64,000 bases of DNA from Chiloscyllium plagiosum (taxonomy: Eukaryota). The DNA is taken from contig NC_057720.1 of assembly GCF_004010195.1 (NCBI RefSeq), positions 34,899,992 to 34,963,991 on the forward strand, given 5' to 3'. The position numbers and the translations under genes were made by a program. The notes under the pieces were generated by a model. That model saw only the letters and a program-made list of their open reading frames with translations, ran no database searches and was not told where the DNA came from. Below, one piece after another: positions 35,411 through 46,534 of this stretch (position 1 is its first letter; the number at the start of each line of letters is the position of its first letter).

Positions 35411-37281
35411 CCGTAACGATTGTGTTTCATGAGTCCAATATCCAGGGAGGAGGAACTGTGAATGTATGAGTGTTTTGTTTGGCTGGGCTGAGTTATTACT
35501 ATTTATTTGTTTGTTGTTGGGTATTTATATAGTTATTTAAATAGCTAGTTTCGGTTTTTTTTAATTTTATACTTCTCTATATGTTTATACATTCGTATAG
35601 GAGGGTCGGTGGGGGAATTTTTTTTATTAGTTGGGTTTAGTTTTGTACTATTTTTGTACTGTTTTGAATTGCATTGTTTTGTATTTGTTGTAATATTTTT
35701 TCTTAATAAAAATATATTATAAAAAATATATAAATAAGCTGGATGGTATGATGGCCAGGAGCGTCTTGAAACTAACAAATTCATAGACCAAGGTTTCAGC
35801 AATGGATAAGCAGAATCGCTGGTGGAGAGATGTGATTTGAGAGTGAAAGTAAGCAGATTTGGTGTTGGCAAGGTTTCGGAGTTGGAAACATGGCAAGGTT
35901 GCTCACAGTTCAGTTCAAATTTAAACATTGGCTGGAGGTAGGAATGGAATTCAGGACAAGGGGACAAAATTTGTGGTGGTGATTAAAGATAATTACTTTG
36001 AATTTGCTCCAGTGAATGAAATCTCTCCACACCAGTACTGGCAGTTGGTCAGTGTAACAACAGCAATGGAGGAGCCTGACAAGAAACTGCTCGAAGGAGT
36101 ATACATTCCCTGTAGACCCAAGAATCAGATTGCCATCTAACCCCCAAATTATCTTGCCACTTCTTGTGGGCCAAAATCTGTTTTGAATCATGGTGAAATC
36201 AACCAATCCTCAACTGCTCAATAGCTAAATCAGTAATAACCTTCACCCACTTAAAAAGGATTGAGGAATCATTCCGTGAATTTGTGCTGCTGTTGGGGTG
36301 GTCTTATCCACTGGAAATATATATTAGACTTTAGGCACTTGTGGTGATAATTTTCTGAGGGTCTCCATCAGTAGTCTAAATCTCTAAAATTATTCCTTAA
36401 ATACAATGCAGCAAATAATGAGACTGTTTTGTAAACCCTACCTCTAGCACATCTCATCGGCTAGAGAAACATACAGCACAGTTTTCCCATTTATCCATTT
36501 AAAATCTAAATTAGTGGTCTGAATGGGTGATTGGAAAAAGAAACAAGGACAAGGAGAGACTAAAAAGGAAGACTGCATGTGTGGCCATTGCTTTTCAAAT
36601 ATGAAAGAGCCTGTCAAAACAAGTCATGGATATTTCAAAGTAAGGAGAAAAGATAATGAGCAGCAGATTAAACCCTTTGATTAACAAATGTAGTGAATAC
36701 AATTGAGTGTTGTAGCTCCTCTCCTTGCCAGTGCTAGTAAATAAAAAGCAGAGAAACAGCAGCCATTGCTAACTCCTTTGGAATTGTCATCACTGCTATT
36801 GTCATCCCAAGCTTCATTCCCACTATTCACAAACCGCAAAATACACAACAAAGGACTCTGAAATAAGAAATAATAATTGAGCAAATAGGATGCGATTTCC
36901 AGACCATTTCTTTGGATTTCCTTCCCTTTCCCTTTAAACTGTAATAGTCTCTAAGAACTCTGGTCTTCCCACATTTGATCATGTTGAATAAACACAACCA
37001 CAGACCTTGGAGAGTTAGGAGAAAAATATAAAAATTTCCAAATGTTTTGTTTGTACCGTCTGAAGAAAAAACAGCTCTTTTTCCTGTTCGCATTGTTGTC
37101 TATTACCATCTATCTAGACATTTTTATCTGAATTATTTTGACTCTAATTGCATAATTGATGGTAAGTCACTTTCATCGTATGTTTTTGAGAGATGTTATC
37201 AATAATGGTTGAGCAGACACTTCATATGTTTCACAGCATTTAACACATGGGTAATGCTGGCAAATTGTGTGGCCCATTGAA

Positions 37282-37590
37282 TTTAGAATCCCTACAGTGT
37301 GGAAACAGGCCCTTTGGCCCAAAAAGTCCACACCGACCCTCTGAAGAGTAACCCACCTAGACCTATTTCCCCACTCTATATTTACCCCTGACTAATGCAC
37401 CTAACCTACACACCCTTGAACACTATGGGCAATTTAGCATGGCCAACTAATCTGCACATCTTTGGATTGTGTGAGGAAATCCACACAAACATGAGGAGAA
37501 TGTGCAAACCCCACTCAGACAGTCACCCAAGGCTGGAATCGAACCCGAGTCCCTGGCACTGTGAGGCAGCAATGCTAACCACTGAGCCAC
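37282..37590 (-). mobile_element. HE1/V-SINE-like SINE
   Basis: Reverse complement of the 2087-2393 family, including A/B boxes at the right end. Confidence 0.88.
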
Positions 37591-38159
37591 TATTGAAGCA
37601 AGCAGATTGGGTAAAACTTTACAATGTTTTCTTAAACCTGTTTATTCCCAGAATTGTAAATTAAATGGTGTTAAGTTTGAGAGAAGAAAAATAATTCAAG
37701 GCCTGGTTTTTTCTGGTTGGTAAGTTCTTGGAAACAATGATATAAGACAGGGTGAGAAAGCTTGACACTACATGTATCTGCCAGGCTTCTGGCTAACCTT
37801 TCAATCTAATGATTTCTTCCATTACATCATGGTGTATAATATTATAATATAATGGAGCACCATAACTGTGTGATGCAAGAAAACTCTGCAACATTTAGGA
37901 GGTATGTTCGCTGCTGCCAGAAGCTCTTTAAAACTGCTTGTCACCCAAAGCTCACCTGTTACAAAGGGGAATCTATCCTCATATCACTGTCATCAGAATG
38001 CCTGGGGCAAGGTTGCATTGCCTAGACAACACTATTCAGAATAGTACATTGGATATTTTGCTGCAGAAGGTCCTGGAGGGAAGTACCACATGAAGATCCA
38101 GCAAAGAGCAGCATTGAGATGGAGTTTGCAGAAGAGTCAATGTTCTCAACTGTGCAAGG

Positions 38160-38610
38160 ATGGCTTGAGGGTGGATTTTCATGCTATAGCTGGCGTGCAA
38201 TGAAGGTTTACCAAATCGATTCCTGGATTGGCAGGACTGACATATGTGGAGAGATTGAGTTGGTTAGGATTGTATCTACTGGAGTTTATAAGGATAAGGG
38301 AGGACCTCATAGAATCCCTACAGTGTGGAAACAGGCCATTTGGCCCATCAAGTCTGCACCAACCAGCCAAAGAGCATCCCACCAAAACCTTACCATATCC
38401 CCAAAACCCTACATTTCCCATGGCTAAATCTGACCTAAACTTCCCAAACACTGTGGGCAGTTTAACATGGCCAATCCATCTAACCTGCACGTCTCCGGAC
38501 TGTGGGAGGAAACTGGAGCTCCTGGAGGAAACCCATAAAGACATAGGGAGAACATGCAAACTCTGCACAGTCACTCAAGGCTGGAATCAAGCCTGGGTCC
38601 CTGGCACTGT
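38160..38610. mobile_element. CR1 fragment (+, 38160-38307) abutting an HE1-like SINE (-, 38308-38610)
   Basis: 'GLTYVERLSWLGLYLLEFIRIREDLIE', then 'agaatccctacagtgtggaaacaggcc...gggtccctggcactgt'. Confidence 0.8.
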
Positions 38611-39876
38611 GTTAGAAGAACCAACCATTTTTTGGGGTCTAAAGGCTGATATCTCAGTCTCCATTTCAACAGAAATAACTTCTCCATCACATTACAATAA
38701 TATATAGCTCTTCCTTTAAATCAACTATTTTTCCAATGTTTAATGTTCTTCTACTCTCTGCCAGTGTCCATTGATGCAGTGGTTAGGTGAAAGAAGCTCA
38801 ATTATGTCCATTCAACATATTAAAAAGAAGCAGGGGCAAAATTTCAAGTGAATAATATTAATTGTTGTAAAATCAGCCTAGAAGTTAAAGATTTATTCTG
38901 ATGTAATCAGAGAAGACAATCACAGGGGATGAAGGTGAAAACACTTCTTCACAATGATGATGATAGGAACTAAAAAGAGTGACTTTGCTTTCAAAGTTAA
39001 GTTGGTGGTAATTTCAACTGATCCAAACATTTGATGCTGAACCTGCAGTCAGAGTGTATGCCAAGAGTATTTTGTTGTTGCTTTGGTAGAGAGAAAGGTA
39101 AAGAGGGCACTAAGACACAAGCAGTATGTAACTGATCTGCGTGGATCCTAAATGCAGATTTAAAGAGTAGGAGAAAGTTATACCAGCTGAATGTTATACA
39201 TTATGACGCAAGGCACAAAAGTATTGAGTTGTTTTAAATAAAACTAATAAAACAAAGGCACTGGATCAATGCCAAGTCATTTCTTCTTAATACGCATGGT
39301 TGTAGGCATTGTTGTCCTTCCTGGACTATAATTTCTAAGTACAGTGGTAAAATGAGTGCCTTTATCACAGTCCATGGGGACACAATATCATTATGATCTG
39401 CCATGGGATGTCTATGACCTTTTATCTGGCAACTATCCCCATTTGATCACTGAAAGAAGCAATCCAGAGAACTGAACACATAAAGCACAGTTCAAAACAC
39501 CACAGACCTGTCCAAGGACTTACTACACCAAACAAAGAATAATTTGTCCTGAATGCAAGGAAGGCCAGGAGACTATTGAAGGTTTCTTATATTGATACCT
39601 TTCCAGCATTTAACTGTTAAGCATCTGGAACTTACAAAAAAAAACAGGCACTCTTTTGTGCTGCACCAAAACTTTTAAAGTTCAGGTTTCCTGAAACCCA
39701 AGGCCAACAGAGTAATCGAGCACTGAATCAGTTCAATACTCTTTCCTTTTGATATAGTGTCAATCGGGCTAGAGGAGCATGAAGCACAGGATTGTTCCTG
39801 TTGTGTTAAGTGGTGACAGAGTGGTTGCGAAAGCCAAAATTGTGCAGTTCAGAATAATAGCTCTCTTACTCTGTAG

Positions 39877-39931
39877 GTGTTCATCTCAAGCAAAGAATTA
39901 AAATTATTGAAGGAACTGTTGAGGAGACTAT
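39877..39931 (+). other. Candidate short plus-strand exon
   Basis: 'ctctcttactctgtag|GTGTT...GACTAT|gtaagt'; two open frames (GVHLKQRIKIIEGTVEET or VFISSKELKLLKELLRRL). Confidence 0.3.
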
Positions 39932-40519
39932 GTAAGTTTTATAGGAACAGATTTGTCATCAAATTGTTAAATATTACAATTCACCATTGCCTGACCTTTT
40001 TAAGAACAGTGCATTATCTCCCCCTCCTCCAGCAAAATTGTGAGCTAGCCTCTACCACTTTATCTACCCTTCCATCAATTGTTTTTCTCTAATCAATCTG
40101 TTTGGAGATTAGATGAGATTAGATTCCCTCCAGTGTGGAAACAAGCTCTACAGCCCAACACCTCTGGAACAGGTGGGACTTAAACCTAGGCCTCCTGGTT
40201 CTAGGGTAGGGACTCTACAAGAGGTTTCCACTTTTGTTTTCACGGCTATGCTCCTGTTGGGCAGTGTTGGTAATTCTTACTGGTGTAGTTGCTTATTTGG
40301 TTGATTTGATGGTATGATTTCAAAAAAAAAGAACCATCCTTGTCCTCGATATTCTGGAATCAACAATCCTTAATTATTCTCATAGATTCTCCACTGTTCA
40401 AGTGACACTTGGCAATGGAGGGACACCTGCAAGGAGATCAGAGATAATTACTGGTGCTTTGATTTCTAACATTAGTGAGGAACTATTGCAGGGACGATTT
40501 TCATGAGGTCCATCCTTCA

Positions 40520-40630
40520 TAGTGCTAGGTGCTTTAGTCAGAGGTGGGTGGGTTACTCTTCGGAGGGTTGGTGTGGACTTGCTGGGCCGAAGGGCTTGTT
40601 TCCACACTGTAGGGAATCTAATCTAATCTA
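40520..40630 (+). mobile_element. 3' part of an HE1-like SINE
   Basis: 'gggttactcttcggagggttggtgtggac...gtttccacactgtagggaatctaatctaatcta'. Confidence 0.85.
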
Positions 40631-41917
40631 TTTAGAATTAACTGTCTGCCTGCTCAAATGGAAATCTGGGAGGGGTGATTTGAGCTTTGCATCAACCAGG
40701 TGTGTTAATAGTAAAATGCAAGACATGTCCTACCTATGTCTACTTATCCTTTATATGATTTAAATCTGTTTTACTTGACAAGCGGTAAAGAAGTGCCAGA
40801 AGCCAATAGGGTTGGTCTTTAAATATACAGATTGCAGTCTGGTGACATTGCAGAGATCCGGTTGTTTTGGGGAAATCATTGTATCTTCCCTGTAAGGCTG
40901 AAGCCAAGGCAGAAGAAAATTAGAAGGTGAAGAATCCCTAACAGGTAAGTTCTATTTTGCATTCCAGGCACTCCTCCAGACCCCACAAGGAGATAGAGTC
41001 ATAGAGTCAGAGAGATGTACAGACCCTTTGGTCCAATTTACCCATGCCGATCAGATATCCTAATCTAACCTAGTCCCATTTGCCTCAGCTTATTTTGCCC
41101 AGGACACACTTCTGTGAGAATCAGAACTAAATGTCTGATAATAAGAGACATTAATTAATAAAGTTTTTAAAAGTCTGTAAATCAAGTTTGTAAATTCTAT
41201 CTTAAACTGGAGTAATTGTGTTTCTGGTTCACTCACCGGCCCAGCTGTTGTAAATAAATAATGTATTCTATGCTGATTTCTGTTTTATCATGTGTATGTA
41301 AATAAGTTGTTTTGGCAACCAAAACAGCTACACACCATGATTATGTTTCACAAAGAATTCCTCCAAAGTCTCAAATTTCACTCGTGGTGCCTCCCTTTCC
41401 TTAATTTAAACGAGACTGTATTTCCAATATTCATCTTCCATTGTTAAACAATCAAAACAACATGAAGGTGGCAGCAATTTGTGTTAAGCACTGTCAATTA
41501 CAACAGTGATGGAGCAACTGAAGAAGAAACATTTTGGGAATTGAATAGGCTGTGTAGCCAGTAAAACACCTCATTGAAGCACAGGGAAAAGAAAAAATAA
41601 TTCACAAAATTGTTATGGAATCTGTCATTGATCTTATAATTGAGGAACTAAGGGAGGAAAATTAAATAATGACCTTATCATGGCATAGAATTGAAAAGAA
41701 AAAGACTTGCACTTGTATACAGTAGTGCCCTTCATGACCTCACCCAAAGTGCTTTAACAGATAATTAAGTACTTTAGAAGAGTCGTAATTGTTATAATGT
41801 CAGAATCACTGCTGTAATATAGGAAATTGACATAGTTCACTTGTCAAGTGTAAAAGTGCTGACCTGCACCTATACTAAAATTAGCGATAAAACATGAAAA
41901 ATGACTGTAAATCAAAA

Positions 41918-42110
41918 AGGTAAAAGCAAGGACTGCAGATGCTAGACTTTGATTTACAGAGTCTAGATTAGAGCGGTGCTGGAAAAGCACAGCAGGTCAG
42001 GCAGCATCCGAGGAGCAGGAAAATCGATGTTTCGGGCAAATACTGATTTTACTGCTCCTCAGATGCTGCCTGACCTGCTGAGCTTTTCCAGCACCACTCT
42101 AATCTAGACT
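41918..42110. mobile_element. Fold-back PLE mini-element, family A, with 13-bp TSD
   Basis: 78-nt inverted arms 41948-42025 / 42045-42122; TSD ctgtaaatcaaaa at 41905-41917 and 42111-42123; tail at 41918-41947. Confidence 0.9.
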
Positions 42111-42129
42111 CTGTAAATCAAAACGACTC

Positions 42130-42230
42130 AGTCCTGAGGAAAGGCCACTGGACCTGAAATGTGAACTCTGATTTCTCTCCACAGATGCTGCCAAACCTGC
42201 TGAGCTTTTCTAGCAATTTCTATTTTTGTT
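42130..42230 (+). mobile_element. PLE mini-element, family C, with hammerhead remnant
   Basis: CTGAGGA (42134-42140), aaggccactggacct, GAAAtgtg, aactctgatttctctccacagatgctgcc. Confidence 0.8.
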
Positions 42231-43302
42231 TATGAAAAAAGACTCCTTGTCCACGTCAGGGAGTTATTAGAGGGAATGATTGAATGAAGCGCAATAGCAT
42301 GAAAAGAAATTACACACACTAATATTTTTCCACTCCAGACAAAGACTCATTATCAGTTGCTCTGACTGGCAAAAAACATGGAAAACAGATGTTTTTCCCA
42401 CATTTATTAAGAGTGTGTTAGATTTTAAAATAGCTGAGGTCTACGATTTCATTTCAATAGATTTCATTGGTCCAGTAATAACCAATGAATGATAGTCTTC
42501 CTAATTTCCTAGTGACTACTGATTCTACTGTAATGTCAATTCTTTAACACACTGCTGGTTGTTTGAAGGAAGAACCATCAATTTCATGCATAAGACTTGT
42601 AGTTACAAAGTACAGGCATGTGACCAAAGACACAAAGATGGAAAGAAGTGCAGAGAAATTTGCTCAATATTAAATAGAGAGGCAACTACATAGTATTAAT
42701 ATATTTGTCTCTCCTTATCCTGTTTCTCCCTTTTACTTCATTTGTATTTATCTGGCTCTCTTTACAGCCTGTGGGATTTGTGAATGCATTACAGAGTAAA
42801 AGAGTATCTTGACCATGGTAGCATTGTCATCCCAGAATTTATCGTGGTAATGAAAGCTCTCTATTAAAACTACAGGAAAACTAGTAAAATAATTGTCAGC
42901 AACTATTGACACCGAGTATTTACTTCAAGGATTTTGCATTATTCTTGTGTTTTATTATTTCTCCATTTTATAATTAGGTCACAATGCCTACGCAGAACGA
43001 TGTTGTATGCTCTCATGTGGGAAAGTTAGTAGGTTTGTTTAAGTCTTTGCCAGGAAATGGTTTCAGCCTTGTCAGCAAATAATACTATCCAAGTGTATGA
43101 GAACCATTATGCATGATCTGCCACAACATACAATGCACCATATAGTAATAAGGCCTGAGGAAATGCATGAATTTTGAACTCAGCAAAAAGCAGGATAATT
43201 TCCCAATATTGAAATGATAACAATGTTCTCAACTTTAAATGTAGACCAAATATTTTATGAAAAGTTTTATTCATTTGTTGTCCTTATAAGCACCTTTTTT
43301 CA

Positions 43303-44066
43303 TTCCAAGATGAAGGCGGCAGAGTAGCAAAATTTGGGCCCTGACTTGTCTGCTGCTTTCTTCCATCCATCCAGTTCTCTTTTCCTTTTTTTTCTCCTTT
43401 TCTTTATACTTTTCCTTTTATCTCTCTACAGTCCTCTCTTACCTTTTGCCCCTTGGGGAGCCCAGCTGAGTGGAACCAATGGCATCGGCGATGGCAGTGG
43501 GTGTGGCCCAGCAGCGAAAGGTGGCACTGGAGGGTGGCGATTTTGATTTTGGTGGGCCCAGTGCAGGACGCGAGGCAGTGGCGGCAGCACCAGCATCGAT
43601 GGCGCTTTGATGTCAGCATTGGTTCAAAAGGGTTACATTGTCACATTTGTTCAGGAAGATTGTGCACTCTGATATTTCAACTGACTCCAAGATAATGGTG
43701 GCGAGGTGAGCCCAGCAGCAAGTGATGATGTCAGAGCGTGGCAATTGTGATGTTGATGAGTCTGGCACAGGCAGTGATGAAGAACAGGACTCATGGCAGT
43801 GTCAAAGTGGCGATTGCAGTGGTGACAGGACCGTGGCATTGGTGGTCCAGCACAGGCAGTGTTGGTGACTCACAGCGGTGGCAACGAGGGTGATCTGGAC
43901 ATTTTATTTTCTTTTTGTTTCTGTTTCTTTAATTACAGCTCTTGTTTTTAATTCTAACTATTGTATTCTAAGATGGCACTGGAGAGTGGTGACTCTGTAC
44001 ACTTTTCTGTGCACTCCTGTACACTGGTGCATGGGACAATAAAATCTAAATTAATCTAATCTAATC
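43303..44066 (+). mobile_element. Non-autonomous retroposon with a Rex1/Babar-like 3' tail
   Basis: GC-rich body with imperfect GGCAGTG repeats; ends 'cacttttctgtgcactcctgtacac...gacaataaaatctaaattaatctaatctaatc', similar to the 3' end of the LINE at 56800-56855. Confidence 0.55.
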
Positions 44067-44104
44067 ATTGTCTGTCATAGTACTTACAGTCAAAATTATT
44101 AGCC

Positions 44105-44490
44105 TCATGCAGCTCAGCAGTGGCATTTACTTTGATGAAGCTACAGTTTCTAGGTTGAAATCCCACTCCAGGTCCTTGAGCACATTTTCGAGGATTACTC
44201 CTCAATTCATACTGGTCAGTGCTGCATTGTTGGAGGTGTTATTTTTCAATGAGATGTTAAGTCAAGAACTCATCTTCCTTATCTATTGGACATAAAAGAT
44301 TCCATTACTATTTTTCAAGATTGGGATAAATCTCTCAAAGATTCTGGTCAACATTAAGCTCTCAATCAACACTGGTAAAACAGGTCTCACATTCCCTCAT
44401 TAATACCTCTGTTATCTGGTTGCAAGCAAACTGGCTCCCACATTTTCTGCATGACACAGTGACTGCACTATGGTCTTTGTCAGAAATACT
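44105..44490 (+). mobile_element. Old DeuSINE (SacSINE1-like)
   Basis: B-box-like 'ggttgaaatcccactccag', then Deu-domain-like 'gtgctgcattgttggaggtgttatttttcaatgagatgttaag...ggacataaaagattccatt'. A similar head starts at 63945-64000 and a similar tail lies at ~41700-41830 (-). Confidence 0.65.
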
Positions 44491-44856
44491 GAGGAGTTTA
44501 TTCTTCTTAACTCTTCATTGTCCAAGTCAGAAGACATTTGATGATCTGTCATTCTTTGTCAGTTATTTCCTGATCCATAAGTTAAAGATTGATTCTTTCT
44601 TTAAACAAGGGAGGTTCAGACAGAATGCCAAAGATTAGTCTGTGATTCAATGTTTTCCCTTCATCTTTCTTATTTGATTTCCACTCTCAAAAATGCCAAT
44701 GTAAGTTCCTGTCTTGTAGTGTGATGATTTTCTTGCTTTCTAACTACCTTCTCTTTTCTGTTATTGCAACTTTCAGAGTTGTTCAGTATTAAAAGTTACA
44801 GTTTTGTGCCTTTGGGTGGCATTTGCACCAAAACAAGCAATGATGACATCACACAA

Positions 44857-46525
44857 AACATAGAACAGTACTGCACAGTACAGACCCTTCGGCTCCAATG
44901 CTGTGCCAACCTCTTATCTTACTCTAAGTTCAACCTAACCCACATATCCTACATTTTACTAAACTCCATGTGCCTATTCAATGTCCCTAATGTATCTCAA
45001 TCTACTACAAGTGCTGGCAGTGCATTCCACACACCCATGACTCTCTGTGCAAAGAACCTACCTCTGACATCTCCCCAAAACCTTCCTCCAATCATCTTAA
45101 AATTATACACCCTTGTGATAACCATTTCCACACTGGGAAAAAAAAATTCTGACTATCCACTCTATCTATGCCCCTCATCATCTTGTATATCTCTATCAAG
45201 TCATCGCTCATCCTTCTTCGCTCCAATGAGAAAAGCCCTAGCTCCTTCAACCTCTCCATGATATTTGCCCTCCAGTCCAGGCTGTGTCCTGGCATATCTC
45301 CTCTGCACCCTCTCTAAAGTTTCCACATCATTCCTGTAATGACGTGACCAGAACTGAGCACAATATTCCAAGCGTGGTCTAACCAGGGTTTTATAGAGCT
45401 GCAGCATAACCTCACAGCTCCTAAACTCAATCCCCCTGCCAATGAAAGCCAACACACCATACGCCCTCTTAACTATCCTATCAACTTGGATGGTAAATTT
45501 GAGGGATCTATGAACATGCACCCCAAGATCCCTCTGTTCCTCCACACTTCCAAGACTCCTGCCTTTAACCCTGTAATCTGCATTCAAATTCAACCTTCCA
45601 AAATAAATCACTTCACACTTGTCCAGGTTGAACTCCATCTGCCACTTGTCAGCCCAGCTCTGTATTCTGTCAATGTCCCATTGCAATCTATAACAGCACT
45701 CCACACTATCTACAACTCCACAAACCTTTGGGTCATCAGCAAACTTACTAACACATCCTTCCACTTCCTCATCCAAGTAATTTATACAACTCAAAGAGCA
45801 GAGGTCATAGAACATATCCATGTGCAATATTGTAGGTCACCAAGCTCCAGGCTGACTCCTTTCCATCAACTAGTACTCTCTCTCTTCTATGGGCCAACCA
45901 ATTCTGTATCTGGACAGCCACACTTCCATGTAGGCCAATGCATCCTTGCTTTCTGAATGAGCCTGCCATTGGGAACCTTATCAAACACCTTGCTAAAATC
46001 CATGTACACCACATCCACTGCTTTACCTTCATCTGTGTGTTTTGTCACATCCCCAAAAATTCAACAAGGCTTATGAGGCATGACCTGCCCCTCACAATGT
46101 CATGTTGACTATCCCGAATCAAGCTATGCTTTTCCAAATAATCATAAATCCTTCTCTCAGAACCTTTTCCAATACTTTGCCCACCACTGACATAAGACTG
46201 AGTGGTCAGCAATTCCCAGGATTCTCTCCATTCCCTTTCTTGAACAAAGGAATCAGATTTGCAGCCCTCCAATCATCTGGTATAACTCCAGTGGACAGCA
46301 AGGACACAAAGATCATCGCCAAAGGCACAGCAATCTCTTCCCTCATTTCCCATAGAAACGTTAGGAATGTTCCATCTTGTATATTCTTATGTTTTTCAAA
46401 ATTTCAAGCTCATCCTCCTTAACATCAACCTATTTGAGCAATCAGCCTGTTTCACACTGCCTTCACGAATGGTAAGGTCCATCTCACTAGTGAATACTGT
46501 AGCAAAGTATTCATTAAGGACTCCC
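44857..46525 (-). mobile_element. CR1 LINE, second subfamily, RT to 3' end
   Basis: ORF 45201-45827 'INYLDE..SKFADD..QMEFNLDKCEV..LYKTLVRPRLEYCAQFWS'. Confidence 0.93.
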
Positions 46526-46534
46526 CTACCTCAG

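Larger units (their letters stand above)
30150..35727 (+). mobile_element. Full-length L1-clade LINE (~5.6 kb), inactivated
   Basis: 5' GGGGGATTTAAGATGGC, ORF1, ORF2, T-rich 3'UTR, AATAAA at 35705 and A-rich tail; TSD atataaagaagctgg (30135-30149) / atataaataagctgg (35728-35742). Confidence 0.95.
25465..36080 (-). mobile_element. Ancient L2-type LINE in three pieces (25465-25865, 30070-30149, 35743-36080), separated by CR1 and L1 insertions
   Basis: L2-like 3' end 'atttgtattgtatagcacct...tttagggagggaatcccagag'; the sequence reads on across both TSD-bounded insertions. Confidence 0.55.

Noticed and set aside
36681..36860. Minus-strand acceptor with ORF SPLLCILRFVNSGNEAWDD...
   Set aside because: No good donor and no homology; could equally be non-coding.
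39400..39700. CPECKEGQETIEGFL zinc-knuckle-like peptide and a 25-nt minus-strand exon-like segment
   Set aside because: Probably a very old L1/Tx1 3' relic; too decayed to call.
41948..42122. Hairpins as miRNA genes or DNA-transposon MITEs
   Set aside because: Asymmetric tails, variable ~9-17 bp TSDs and homology to pLTRs point to a PLE origin; small-RNA production cannot be judged from sequence.
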